A stretch of DNA of 64,000 nt, from positions 369,582,001-369,646,000 of the forward strand of contig OZ024742.1 in the NCBI GenBank assembly GCA_964016885.1, written 5' to 3'. This DNA comes from Eledone cirrhosa. Lineage: Eukaryota. Below the pieces are notes generated by a model. It was not told the origin of the DNA, did no database searches, and worked only from the letters and a program-made list of their open reading frames with translations. The position numbers and the translations under genes were made by a program. Below are positions 14,389 to 28,129 of this stretch, piece after piece. Positions within the stretch are counted from its first letter, which is position 1. Each line of letters begins with the position of its first letter.

Positions 14389-14422
<34 letters not shown>

Positions 14423-14514
14423 ATGTCTCTCGGTATAAACTATTCTATACGTACATATACATACATATACACACACATACATACACATACATACACACAC
14501 ACAAAGACATACAT

Positions 14515-14613
<99 letters not shown>

Positions 14614-14772
14614 TATACACATATATACACATACACACATACAAATACATACACATATACATATATACACATACACGCACTCGTTCACACACATATATGT
14701 ATCTATATATATTGGGAAAAAGTAGTGGGACAAATTATAAACTGAGCCTGATAAAAGATTAAAATATTTATT

Positions 14773-14814
<42 letters not shown>

Positions 14815-15045
14815 GAGCATTGGCCTTGCAATCGAAATCTTGTGAGTTCAATTCTCAGACCGGGTGATGTGTTGTTTCCTTGAGCAAGACACTTTATTTC
14901 ACATTGCTCCAGTTTACTCAGCTTTAGATGAGGTGATAGGGGCTGTGGTCCCTATCAATCCACTGCAAAATAGACATGTAGACGCCAGGGGAAAAAATAT
15001 ATATATATGGCATCTATGACTGACTTACACTGTGTGTATATATAT

Positions 15046-15076
<31 letters not shown>

Positions 15077-15430
15077 GTGTGTGTATGTATATATGTGTGT
15101 GTATGAGTGTATATATATATGTATATAAGGTTGTGTGTAGGTATGTGTACGCGCGTATGTGTCTGTATATGTGTATGTTTGCGTGGGCCGTGCCTGTCGG
15201 ACCAGATATATGGCGCGACTTAAGCAGCCGTTAATAGGCTTGTTGCGGTCTGTATCTAGAGGTGTCTGTGGAAGTGAGGGAGAGCGTGTGAGTGCATATG
15301 TACATATATATATGTGTGGGGGTGTGTGTGTCTATGCATGTATGCGTACATATGTGTATGCACGCATGTGTCTGCCTGCGTGTGTATATGTGTGTGTGTA
15401 TTTGTATGTGTGGGTGCATGCTCTGGAGTG
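14387..15430. repeat. (TA)n/(CA)n/(TG)n microsatellite complex
   Basis: Directly visible dinucleotide runs. Confidence 0.95.
14813..14925 (+). mobile_element. tRNA-derived CORE-type SINE, degenerate
   Basis: B-box-like GAGTTCAATTC followed by CCTTGAGCAAGACACTT, resembling the CORE domain CCTTGGGCAAGTCACTT. Same family as 46291-46410. Confidence 0.7.
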
Positions 15431-15802
15431 TGAACAGACGTGTGAGATACCGAACCCAGCATGACTCCATTGACGTGTGTCGGACGGAAAATGGCTGATG
15501 ACCCGTGTAGCAGTAAATAGTGACCAGAACTTAAGTTGACGTGGAGTGACAACAGCCAATGGCATGACAAGAGTGGAAGAGGTTTTTTGAAGGTGTTTTT
15601 TTTATGATAACACCCCAGTGATAACATTTGCTCCGAACGAACTACCCGTGTCTGAAGGAACCTGCATCCGTAGAATCAACCAGATCCATACAGGGACCAT
15701 GTCTCGAGCTACCTGCCGGCGAAACAATTGTAACACGCAATAAATTGAGTCCAGATGCATCACTGATTTTTCATTTTTCGTTTTCTTTATACTATATATA
15801 TA

Positions 15803-16269
15803 TTTATTAAAATAACAGATTAAAGTTTAAGCAAAGAATCGCTGCTTTCACCCTTAACGGGATCTTCTGAAACTAACAAAGTCAATCTGTAAACGCATAA
15901 CTGGATATTTCAAAAAACGTTGCAACCGGAGGAAGACAGGAAGACGATACTTTGGTACGTGGAAACGTTCGCTGGCAAAGAACGGGAAAAAACGAATAAT
16001 ACGTCATTAATAGGAGCGGTGAAAAACAATTACGCGCAAAGACAGAACCACGTTTATAGTATAAAAGAGGTCGTAGACTAATGTTCTCTTAGGTGGTGCA
16101 TAGAGACGTTCTCTGGCAATGAACGAAAAAACGAAGATAATACGTCATATGTGGAGCGTGGAGAACAATAGCACGCAAATAAATATTTGCTCTACGGTTC
16201 TTATATATTTGATATATATTTATCCTTATCGAGCCCTCTTTAGATTTTAGTCTTCAAATTTATTATTAT

Positions 16270-16353
<84 letters not shown>

Positions 16354-16519
16354 ACAGATTAAAGTTTAAGCAAAGAATCGCTAGGGTGAAAGCAGCGATT
16401 CTTTGCTTAAACTTTAATCTGTTATTTTAATAAATATTTGCTCTACGGTTCTTATATATTTGATATATATTTATCCTTATCGAGCCCTCTTTCGATTTTA
16501 GTCTTCAAATTTATTATTA

Positions 16520-16522
<3 letters not shown>
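15803..16522. mobile_element. Non-autonomous HHR-bearing repeat family A (two inverted-arm insertions in (TA)n)
   Basis: Segments of the same family, including GGGTGAAAGCAGCGATTCTTTGCTTAAACTTTAATCTGTTATTTTAAT, recur at about 28545-28650, 37295-37605, 46150-46275, 50225-50350, 56960-57414 and 58985-59255. Confidence 0.8.
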
Positions 16523-16558
<36 letters not shown>

Positions 16559-16671
16559 TCAAAATATTAATAAATATAGACATTCATGTAATCAAATATA
16601 TTTTATTATATATATTTCGGAGGTACTGTGGTGTTTCCTCAGTACGGTCTTCATGACTTGTTCTTTCGATC

Positions 16672-17853
16672 TCACTCGATAAACCCACCATTGGTTTTGA
16701 TGACGGCCTCAAGGCGGCCTTGGAACCGGCTACAGGCCTTCGTCACTGTCCCCCGACTTAGGCCCCTAAAGGCACTTGTGATCCTGGCCTTCAGATCGTC
16801 TTTCGTATTGCAGCTAGATCTGTTGGTGTCTCGTTCCACTGCACCCCACACAAAGAAGTCGAGGGGGTTGCAGTCAGGTGAGCTGGGAGGCCAAATGTCA
16901 GGTGAAGTGTGGTCGACGAAGTTCTCTGACTGCTAGGCTTGGGTCTTTCGGCTGGTATGGCAGGACGGTGAGTCTTGCTGCCACACGTATGGCCTACCTG
17001 CAGCTACCTGGTCGATCCAGGGCTTTACTACCTCGCTCAGAACGCGGATGTAGCCATCGGTGTTCAGCTTGAGGCCCTCGGGGAAGAAGTGAGGTGGCAT
17101 AACGTCACCTTGACTGCTGACGACACCTAAGACCAATGTTGCCGCTGGAAACTTTGTCTGCATGACTCTGGGCACGTCTTTGGATGAGACAGCGAGCCAC
17201 CTGTTGTTCTGGGAGTTGATCTTCTGGTCTTGGCAGAATTTTTTCTCGTCAGAGAAAAACCACAGCATGTCTGGCTCCATGGGGTGTTTCAACTTGTTGA
17301 TCAGCTTCTTTGCATGCTTCAGTCGCTTTTCTTGCATCGCCTTTGACAGAAATTGTCCTTTCCTCATCTTGTATGAAACGTAGCGAATGTCTTCATGTAC
17401 CACCAGCCTAATGAGCTTTTTATCCACGCCTTTCTCCCTTGCAATGGCACGCATCGACTTGCTAGGTTTATTGTTGATGATATCCTGAACTTCAGCGAAG
17501 AACTCGGGCGGTCTGAAGGTGTCAGATCGTCGATCATGTGTTTTCCTCTCTGATGTTGCTTCGTAGTCGAATCCTGAATCTTCCAATTCCTTTCTGACCT
17601 TTTCCACCATTCTCCTGCTGACGCTGAGAAAGTCTGAAATTTCCTTATTTGTCCTCCCGGCGCGGTTCCAAGAAGAACTCCGTGTCTCTTCCACAAATTT
17701 GGAGGTTCAAAATTATTCATAATCAATTATTCTGAAAATAAATAATGGAAATATAGTCACTGTTTTTATGAAGACAAGAGTGACAACGGAAGTAAAAAAG
17801 ATTTGCATAAAATTAGCAGTTGAAAATTGCGAACAAATATCGTCCACACCCTG
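16672..17853 (-). mobile_element. Tc1/mariner superfamily DD37D (maT) transposon with disrupted transposase
   Basis: ORF 16933-17694 contains WFFSDEK and WQQD. After a TAG at 16933 the frame continues WPPSSPDCNPLDFFVW...GGFIE* to 16672, giving 37 residues between the 2nd and 3rd Asp. Frameshift near 17665. One terminus reads TA-CAGGGTGTGGACG at 17853; the other TIR is not visible. Confidence 0.92.
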
Positions 17854-17866
17854 TATATATATATAT

Positions 17867-18025
17867 AACGAAGGAGTTGTGGTAAGGAACCAGATGGTAG
17901 TAGAGTGGGTAATAGGAACATGTATGACCCCGACGGCAGAGCTCAAGCCGTTTCGACGGATATTTCCCCAGGAATAGCCGTCGAAACGGCTTGAGCTCTG
18001 CCGTCGGGGTCTTGAGCATTTTCCT
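17867..18025. mobile_element. Family C Penelope-type pLTR/tail fragment, inverted arrangement
   Basis: GACCCCGACGGCAGAGCTCAAGCCGTTTCGACGG and its reverse complement; same family as 32647-34220 and 59792-59971. Confidence 0.8.
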
Positions 18026-18042
18026 ATATATATACATATATA

Positions 18043-18330
18043 TAGAGAGATTACACAAGTATCAACGTTATGTTTAAAACATTTAATCGCTGACAATTGT
18101 TTCTTCCAAACTTAAGCTTAGAGTCCTCGCAGCATTATCAATGTTTGTACATATAATTAACCTCCTATTCATTTGGAAGAAACAATTGTCAGCGATTAAA
18201 TGTTTTAAACATAGCTTTGATACTTGTGTAATCTACATAACTGCTCTGTAAAACAACTGATGTTCTTGCATTGAGCTATTTCTCTTACTGGTAATAAGGT
18301 AGTAATAAATTACTGACCTTCTCTGTTTAT
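18043..18330. mobile_element. Family B pLTR/tail fragment, inverted arrangement
   Basis: Arms 18047-18108 and 18172-18234 are reverse complements. Homologous to the 3' end of the Naiad-like element at 37720-37900. Confidence 0.7.
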
Positions 18331-18373
18331 AGTTGTTTATAGTATAGTATATACATAACTATAAATAGTATCT

Positions 18374-18439
<66 letters not shown>

Positions 18440-18442
18440 GTA

Positions 18443-19050
18443 TGGAAAAGAATGAAATGAAATTTCATTTCTCACTCTTAGTACGGCTGATACTTAAATG
18501 TAAGTATGTATACTTACATACATATATGTATACAGACGTACAGTAGTATGTATATATATATATATATACATGCACACATATATATATGTACGTATGGGTT
18601 TACCGAACATTTATTATAATGTTCGGTTTAATTCGGGCTATTTGTTTGTAAACAAACAAACAGCCCGAATTAAGCCGTACAGTGTTCGGCAACCATCGTC
18701 GCCCTTTTGTTCAACACTGACAAAGGAACGATGAACTAGTTTCAAGCTTATTAGCTATCGTCAGCATCGTAGACATTCCTGTCACATGATTGAACGTTTG
18801 AAAGTATATACTTTCCTTATGCATATTAACGGCTGAGCAACCTAATTTGCATATCGAGTGAGTTAACCGGCCGGGCGTACCGAAAACGATAAATGGAAAA
18901 GAATTAAATGAAATTTCATTTCTCACTCTTAGTACGGCTGATACTTAAATATAAGTATGTGTACTTACATACATATATGTATACAGACGTACAGTAGTAT
19001 GTATATATATATACATGCACACATATATATATGTACGTATGGGTTTACCG
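18443..19050 (-). mobile_element. Family D retrozyme-like partial tandem repeat (~450-bp unit) with a minimal type I HHR at 18728-18770
   Basis: The unit restarts at 18895. Minus strand reads ACGATG-CTGACGA-tAGCT-aata-AGCTt-GAAA-cta-GTT-CATCGT. Confidence 0.85.
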
Positions 19051-19199
19051 GGAGGGGCTAAGCTATAGTTTACACATTAGTCTGACACAGACACTGATTG
19101 ATATTCTGTGTCGCCACAAAGAATACCTCACCTGGAGCTAGGTGATGTATTGGCGGAAGATGTTGAACGTCCGATGAAATGCCTTGCGGTGTTTATTCA

Positions 19200-19880
19200 G
19201 GTTTATTACATCACGTCACGGTCAACTTTGAAACTTTGTCATCCTTCTGGGTTCGATAAACTAATGTATATGTCAAGTACTGGGTCAGTTTAATTCATCC
19301 CCCCCCCCCATAAAAAAATTGTTGGTCTTGTGCCTAAATCAGAAACCATTATTATTACCATGCTTTGTAGCATAGAGTTATGGCTGTTTACGTTCTGAGT
19401 TCAAATCCCGCCGAGGTTAGCTCTGCCTTTCATACTTACGGGGTCGATAAAATAAAGTACCAGTAATACACTGGGGGATCGATTTAATCGACCTTCCCCT
19501 CCCCCAAATTGCTGGCCTTGTGCTTATAGTAGAAACCATTATTATTTACCATACTCTTCCTTCTGCCTCTTATTATAGACTTGGCATATTGTAGAGGGGG
19601 GGGGTATGCAGATCAAATTAGAGAATAAACCTCTCATTGTTTGGTGATTGACTCCCCCGGGGGAGGGGTATGCAGATCAAATTAGAGAATAAACCTGTCA
19701 TTGTTTGTTGATTGTCTCCCCCCTCACAGATTGCTCGCCTTCAGCTTAAATTATAAATCTATATATATTAGATCTTGAGTTCAAATCCTGTCTAAGTTAG
19801 CTTTCCTTTTCATCACTAACCGGGTCGATAAAGTACCAGTAACGCACTGGGGTCGACCTTCCCCCCTCTCCCTCAAAATA
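19200..19880 (+). mobile_element. Cluster of three degenerate tRNA-derived SINEs with a shared central domain
   Basis: GAGTTCAAATCC B-box plus GCCTTTCAT..GGGGTCGATAAA..AGTACCAGT. Related copies at about 31955-32075, 32280-32340 and 48830-48930. Confidence 0.7.
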
Positions 19881-21184
19881 GTAGACAGCTAAGATCGTTT
19901 GCACACCTACACACTGTACTCGGTATGTTTCCACAGAGTTCTCACAGCTGAGTGCACATTTACCATTACTTTAGAGTACCTAGTTAGTAAATAGTTAGAA
20001 CAATTACACACGCAGTTAAGACCGATTACGCGCATTCACCATTACTTTAGAATACCCTCACCATAGAGTTCTCTCAGTTAGTAAATAGACGTATTACACA
20101 CTCAGTTAAGAAGGATTACTCTCTTTATACATAATTCTACACAGTACCCGGTTTCTTTAGACATGGAGTTCCCACAGTTATGACCAGTCATGATCTTGTC
20201 GATTGAATACTATACTAAGGTTTTGGTCTGTGGTCCTCTAACCATGGAGTGCTCACAGTTGCTGAATGGACAATACTACTTACACACCATCAATGGACTT
20301 ACACACATCCCCGGGGTTTTGTTATTTTATTTTGTGTTGGGTAACACACCTCCACCACTCAAACACTTATCTTAAAGGCCCGAGGACTCATATGACGGGA
20401 AAACGCACACACTGACACCTTAACTCAAATACCCAACCCTACATGGAGCCCCTTGTTGGCATACATGGCGGGTGCTTCCACGCACAGACTCGGGGACTCA
20501 GACTCTCATCGGGACAACGGCACATATAGAGTTCGATACGAGCTGACTACTTGCTCTACACATGGATGTGTATATACCAAAATATACACTATTTAGACGA
20601 TACGGATGTTACAATTCAATCGATAGACGTATAGCAGAACGTTGAACGGAATTTACTTGCGTGTGTATAAGGTTGTGGTTGACCCAGTTTTTCTAATTTA
20701 CATCGTGAAAATTGAGATTTGACCAATATAACGTTTGTTGTTTTGTAACCTAACTTTCGGTGCATACTGTGTTGGTATATATTTTTTCTCTGACCTCGCG
20801 TCGGTGTGTGTGAGTGTGTGTGTACTCACTCACACTAATTGTGACCGACTGAAATTCTACAGATCTGATGCTGAGATTAGACCTGTCCAACGTCTTTTAC
20901 AGCTATTGAGAGATAGAGACTTGATAGATTTATGACCCTGACTGAAGACGATAGCAGTCGGCGTGTTTTGGCTGCTGATTCTTCATATGGGGAACAAAAC
21001 TCTAGTGAGTGAACATCGTTAGTTTTTCTTCCCTTATATCAAAGATTTGAAGACATTTTATTATTCACCTGATGAGATGCGTGATAACTGATCATGACCA
21101 CACGATCGATCTATCCCTTATTGAAACATGTGTCGTGATTAAAATGATTGGAAATTTATAACATGCCTTCGGATCTTTATTTTG

Positions 21185-21296
<112 letters not shown>

Positions 21297-22062
21297 TGTT
21301 TAAGTATCGAGAGAGAGAAAAAAAAGGAAAGATAGGCGAGACATATATTTAGTTGCCAATAGTTTATGCATGTGTGCTCAATACTCGTGCCTACAGGGTT
21401 AAATATTAGAGGCGTCAATATTTAGTGGGCGAGAAAAAATAAGCAGAGCGATTATAAAGGAAATGAATACAAAGAGTTTAAAACCGTTAAATCATGTTTA
21501 TATAACAGTGCGCCTACGTATGTTTCGCCCGGAATGAAATTATCAAGGGCTTAGAAAACAAAAAAAATTCTTCTCCTACGTTGTTATTATCGCAGAGCAG
21601 GGGGAATAACTCTGGCCGGTATTCAAACAATCTGGTCCCATTTGGTTTTTTATAACTGTTCTTATGATGGTGTTTAGCATGTTTATATTATGGGTGTTGT
21701 TTCACTAGTGCCAGTACAAGTCGGGTCTGGGATGTACATTTATTATTTAGTGGGTATTGCTTCACTAATGCTTGTTCGAGTATGGTCTGCGATGTAGATT
21801 TGGTTCACAGATGCTTGTTTATACCGCCTGCCCACCAGGGTGTTATGGTTAGGGCAGGGGGACCCTGAATATAAATTAAAATAAAGAAAGAATGTTACAT
21901 GTAACATTCATTCTTTATTTTAATTTATATTCTTTTTGAAGTTCCGGTGAGCTGCTCTAATTTTACCTAAGTTAATTATCTTCAACTGAACCAGATCAAT
22001 AATGATCTATAATCATTTGATTCAGAAACATTATATGGAGTAGCGAAACAATTGTAAACGGA

Positions 22063-22125
<63 letters not shown>

Positions 22126-22126
<1 letters not shown>

Positions 22127-24862
22127 GTTATTGTTATTCCTTGAATCTCAGTCATTGATGTTGGTTAACTGGAAAGTCCGTTGGATTGAATATCAAGCCA
22201 CTACCTGCAGCCTCAGATATTCAGGACGTATCGGAGGGTTCTTGCTGTTCCAAGCAAGCATGCCTTTTGAAGCGTTCCAAAAAGCGTGAAGGGGCCGATT
22301 TTCTTTAACCATCCCTGGAAACTTTTGGAGATAGTCCCCAGTGCGCCTATGACAATCGGGATCACTTTGACTTCATGGCAGTTCCAAATCCTTTTCACCT
22401 CCCACTTTAGGTCCTGGTATCGGTTAATTTTCTCCCTCTCCTTCTCTTGCACTCTCGTGTCGAACGGGCAGGCCACATCCACAATCAGGCACGATCTTTT
22501 TTCTTTGTCCACAACCACCAGGTCAGGTCTATTGTGTTCCAGTTTTTTGTCCGTCTGTATCCTAAAATCCCACAGCACCTTCACCTGATTGTTCTCCATC
22601 ACCGCCTCTGGCCTATGCTCATACCATTTCTCAGAATGTGGTAGATTGTTTACTTTGCACAGGTGCCAGTGGATCACCCTGCCCATCACATCGTGTCTCC
22701 AGCCCTTATAGTGGGTCTGGGCTAGGTGTTTACACTCGGACACAATGTGAGCCACAGTCTCCTCTCTCTCTCCACAGATCCTGCACAGTGGGCTGGCCTC
22801 CTCCTTGTAGATATGGTGCTTCAACCACTTCGTTTTGAGGGCCTGCTCCTGCGCAGCCATTAGCATTCCTTCTGTAGCCTTTTTGAGGTCTCCTCTTCTC
22901 AACCAGTTCCATGTCTGTGGATCTCTAAATTCAGTTTTCTCAAAGAAGGTACTATGAAGGGGTTTTCCCTTAAGGCTGCTCTTCCTCCTTGATGTTATTT
23001 CCTCCCTGGACATCCCCTGGCCTACTGTCCCCTCCTTCAGTACAGCTCTGAGCATTGGCTCCTTACTATAGGTCACGTATTTGTATAGGTTGTTTTTCTC
23101 CATCTGAACACAGTCCTCTATGCTGATAAGACCTCTTCCACCCTCAGATCTCCTTAGGTAGAGTCTATCGACATCACTCCTCTTGTGGAACATGTTGTAG
23201 ATAGTCAATAGCTTCCTAGTCTTCCTATCCATTTCTTTCTGTTCAGCAACATTCCATCTCAGAATTCCCGCACTGTACCTAATAATAGACACAGCTCGGG
23301 AATTTACTGCGCTTATGGCATTTCTGCTGTTCAGATGTGACTTCAATACGCTCCTTACTCTCCGAATGTATTCAGTTCTTAACAATTCCTTCATTTTTTT
23401 GTTCTTTATGCCATCAGCCTCCAGAACGCCCAAATACTTGTATCCTTCCTCAGAGTCAATTTCCTTTATCATCTCACCTGTTGGTATCTGGATCCCGTTA
23501 CTTCTGCTCAACCTACCCCTCTTCATCACAATGACTCCACATTTACCAATACCAAACTGCATACATATATCACTGCTGAAAATACGGACAGTGTCAACAA
23601 GCACATCCAACTCCTTCTCACTTTTCCCGAAGAGCTTAAGATCGTCCATGAAGAGGAGGTGATTGATGGTAAGCTCTCCCCTTCCCAACTTGTATCCTGC
23701 TCTCACTTTTCGCAGCATAATGGTCAAGGGCATCAGGGCAAGGACAAACAACAGAGGGGACAGGCTATCTCCCTGGAAGATACCTCTCTTGATCTTCACG
23801 CTTCCCAAGGATACTCCAGTTGATGTCAACTCTGTCTCCCAGGACCCCATACTCCTGCCTAGCAACTGTCTGATGTTATCCGCCACCCTGAAGATCTCCA
23901 GGCTTTTGGTGATCCAGGAATGAGGCACCATGTCAAATGCCTTTCTGTAGTCTATCCATCCCATGGTAAGATCAGTGTGTCTCCTCCTGCAATTCCCCAT
24001 TACCATCTTATCAATAAGCAACTGGTCCTTTGTACCACGTGACTTCTTTCGGCATCCTTTCTGTTCTTCCGGTAACAAGTTGTTTGTGTGGAGGTGATGG
24101 TAGATTTCCTCAGACACAATGTTCGTCAACAGTTTCCACATTACGGGCAGACATGTGATAGGTCTATAGTTGGTAGCATCATTACCCTTGATTCGGTCTT
24201 TCATTATCAGAACTGTGGTACCTTTTGTCAACCACTCTGGCACCTCACCCGACACCAAGCAGTCATTGAACATGGCCGTCAGCTTCGGGTGGAGGGATGT
24301 TAGATGTTTAATCCAATACCCCTGTACACCATCTGGGCCTGGCGATTTCCAGTTGGTTAGTTTTTTGGCTTGTCCCTTAAGAGTTTCAACTGTGATACTC
24401 AAATCAGTCTGTTGCTGTGCCTGCTCACCGATCTCCCTCTGTACTGTCTCAATCCACCCTGCCTGGGCATTGTGTCTAACATCCTGCTCCCATATTCCTC
24501 TCCAGAATGTTTTAGTTTGCTCCGCCCCAGGGATCAAGTCGGTGCCTCTTTCTTTCCCCTCAAGCTGTCCAAACAGCATCTTCTGGTTGTTGTCGAACAT
24601 GCGGTTCTGTTTATACTGACTGACTCTGTTCTCGTATCGCCTGATTTTTGCACTCTTTGCTACAATGCGTTGCTTCAATTCCTCTATGATAATATTTAGC
24701 TTTTTACTCCTAGTTTTGTATTTTATTTCCAGTCTATTTTTAGTGCCTATGTTTTTTAGTGTCCCATTCAGTAGTGACTCAAGCTTTCCTATGTCATTTC
24801 TCATTTCCCCGATTTGCCCACTCAGTCGCTTCTTCCACCACGGCTCTGCTCTTTCTTGTCTG
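22126..24862 (-). mobile_element. Dong/R4-clade non-LTR retrotransposon, 5'-truncated copy B, with uninterrupted RT and RLE coding frame
   Basis: ORF 22213-24912 contains NYRPITCL, QGDSLSP, FMDD, a CRIC..H....C knuckle, RHD and the RPDL...D restriction-like endonuclease. Flanked by (TTA)n at 22064-22125 and 24863-24882. Confidence 0.93.
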
Positions 24863-24882
24863 ATTATTATTATTATTATTAT

Positions 24883-27800
24883 TGTTATTGTTATTCCTTG
24901 AATCTCAGTCATTGATGTTGGTTAACTGGAAAGTCCGTTGGATTGAATATCAAGCCACTACCTGCAGCCTCAGATATTCAGGACGTATCGGAGGGTTCTT
25001 GCCGTTCCAAGCAAGCATGCCTTTTGAAGCGTTCCAAAAAGCGTGAAGGGGCCGATTTTCTTTAACCATCCCTGGAAACCTTTGGAGATAGTCCCCAGTG
25101 CGCCTATGACAATCGGGATCACTTTGACTTCATGGCAGTTCCAAATCCTTTTCACCTCCCACTTTAGGTCCTGGTATCGGTTAATTTTCTCCCTCTCCTT
25201 CTCTTGCACTCTCGTGTCGAACGGGCAGGCCACATCCACAATCAGGCACGATCTTTTTTCTTTGTCCACAACCACCAGGTCAGGTCTATTGTGTTCCAGT
25301 TTTTTGTCCGTCTGTATCCTAAAATCCCACAGCACCTTCACCTGACTGTTCTCCATCACCGCCTCTGGCCTATGCTCATACCATTTCTCAGAATGTGGTA
25401 GATTGTTTACTTTGCACAGGTGCCAGTGGATCACCCTGCCCATCACATCGTGTCTCCAGCCCTTATAGTGGGTCTGGGCTAGGTGTTTACACTCGGACAC
25501 AATGTGAGCCACAGTCTCCTCTCTCTCTCCACAGATCCTGCACAGTGGGCTAGCCTCCTCCTTGTAGATATGGTGCTTCAACCACTTCGTTTTGAGGGCC
25601 TGCTCCTGCGCAGCCATTAGCATTCCTTCTGTAGCCTTTTTGAGGTCTCCTCTTCTCAACCAGTTCCATGTCTGTGGGTCTCTAAATTCAGTTTTCTCAA
25701 AGAAGGTACTATGAAGGGATTTTCCCTTAAGGCTGCTCTTCCTCCTTGATGTTATTTCCTCCTTGGGTATCCCCTGGCCTACTGTCCCCTCCTTCAGTAC
25801 AGCTCTGAGCATTGGCTCCTTACTATAGGTCACGTATTTGTATAGGTTGTTTTTCTCCATCTGAACACAGTCCTCTATGCTGATAAGACCTCTTCCACCC
25901 TCAGATCTCCTTAGGTAGAGTCTATCGACATCACTCCTCTTGTGGAACATGTTGTAGATAGTCAATAGCTTCCTAGTCTTCCTATCCATTTCTTTCTGTT
26001 CAGCAACATTCCATCTCAGAATTCCCGCACTGTACCTAATAATAGACACAGCTCGGGAATTTACTGCGCTTATGGCATTTCTGCTGTTCAGATGTGACTT
26101 CAATACGCTCCTTACTCTCCGAATGTATTCAGTTCTTAACAATTCCTTCATTTTTTTGTTCTTTATGCCATCAGCCTCCAGAACGCCCAAATACTTGTAT
26201 CCTTCCTCAGAGTCAATTTCCTTTATCATCTCACCTGTTGGTATCTGGATCCCGTTACTTCTGCTCAACCTACCCCTCCTCATCACAATGACTCCACATT
26301 TACCAATACCAAACTGCATACATATATCACTGCTGAAAATACGGACAGTGTCAACAAGCACATCCAACTCCTTCTCACTTTTCCCGAAGAGCTTAAGATC
26401 GTCCATGAAGAGGAGGTGATTGATGGTAAGCTCTCCCCTTCCCAACTTGTATCCTGCTCTCACTTTTCGCAGCATAATGGTCAAGGGCATCAGGGCAAGG
26501 ACAAACAACAGAGGGGACAGGCTATCTCCCTGGAAGATACCTCTCTTGATCTTCACGCTTCCCAAGGATACTCCAGTTGATGTCAACTCTGTCTCCCAGG
26601 ACCCCATACTCCTGCCCAGCAACTGTCTGATGTTATCTGCCACCCTGAAGATCTCCAGGCTTTTGGTGATCCAGGAATGAGGCACCATGTCAAATGCCTT
26701 TCTGTAGTCTATCCATCCCATGGCAAGATCAGTGTGTCTCCTCCTGCAATTCCCCATTACCATCTTATCAATAAGCAACTGGTCCTTTGTACCACGTGAC
26801 TTCTTTCGGCATCCTTTCTGTTCGTCCGGCAACAAGTTGTTTGTGTGGAGGTGATGGTAGATTTCCTCAGACACAATGCTCGTCAACAGTTTCCACATTA
26901 CGGGCAGACATGTGATAGGTCTATAGTTGGTAACATCATTACCCTTGATTCGGTCTTTCATTATCAGAACTGTGGTACCTTTTGTCAACCACTCTGGCAC
27001 CTCACCCGACACCAAGCAGTCATTGAACATGGCCGTCAGCTTCGGGTGGAGGGATGTTAAATGTTTAATCCAATACCCCTGCACACCATCTGGGCCTGGT
27101 GATTTCCAGTTGGTTAGTTTTTTGGCTTGCCCCTTAAGAGTTTCAACTGTGATACTCAAATCAGTCTGTTGCTGTGCCTGCTCACCGATCTCCCTCTGTA
27201 CTGTCTCAATCCACCCTGCCTGGGCATTGTGTCTAACATCCTGCTCCCATATTCCTCTCCAGAATGTTTTAGCTTGTTCCGCCCCAGGGATCAAGTCGGT
27301 GCCTCTTTCTTTCCCCTCAAGCTGTCCAAACAGCATCTTCTGGTTGTTGTCGAACATGCGGTTCTGTTTATACTGACTGACTCTGTTCTCGTATCGCCTG
27401 ATTTTGGCACTCTTTGCTACAATGCGTTGCTTCAATTCCTCTATGATAATATTTAGCTTTTTACTCCTAGTTTTGTATTTTATTTCCAGTCTATTTTTAG
27501 TGCCTATGTTTTTTAGTGTCCCATTCAGTAGTGACTCAAGCTTTCCTATGTCATTTCTCATTTCCCCGATTTGCCCACTCAGTCGCTTCTTCCACCACGG
27601 CTCTGCTCTTTCTTGTCTGTTGTTTCCTCTCGCTTTTATACCAAGTAGTTTCCTCACCGTATTTGCTGTTGCTTTGAGGATATTGTTGCACTGGTGAAGA
27701 CTCCTCGCCTCAAGGTATGGGATGACTTTGTTTACCTTAGCTGTTGTTTCTTTTAACTTTTTCCTGTCTACAAATCTTAGGTTCATAGGTCTCCCACTAT

Positions 27801-28129
27801 CATTGTTCAACTCATCTACCACTAAATTTAGGATGTCAACCGAATCTTGTCCTAGCCCGTCAGCATTCATCTCCTCAGTGGCCGTATCTCTGTTCCAGGT
27901 ATTATTTATCTCAGTATTCAGATCATTGTCTGCTTCGGGTGGTTCCTCCGCTCTCAGGACCTCCTCACCTTCATTTCCCGCCGGCTCGCTTGTCTGGCAT
28001 ACTACACCCGCCATCTCCAAGCCATTCTCTCTGCTCAGTTCCTCCAGTTCCAGCTCGCTTATCCACCCATTAGTTCTTATTACCCGAGCCTGCCCGGCCA
28101 ATCTTTGTTCATCTAATTTAAATAAACCA

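Noticed and set aside
14312-15627. YI/VC/HT-repeat ORFs here and throughout the window
   Set aside because: They are translations of dinucleotide microsatellites.
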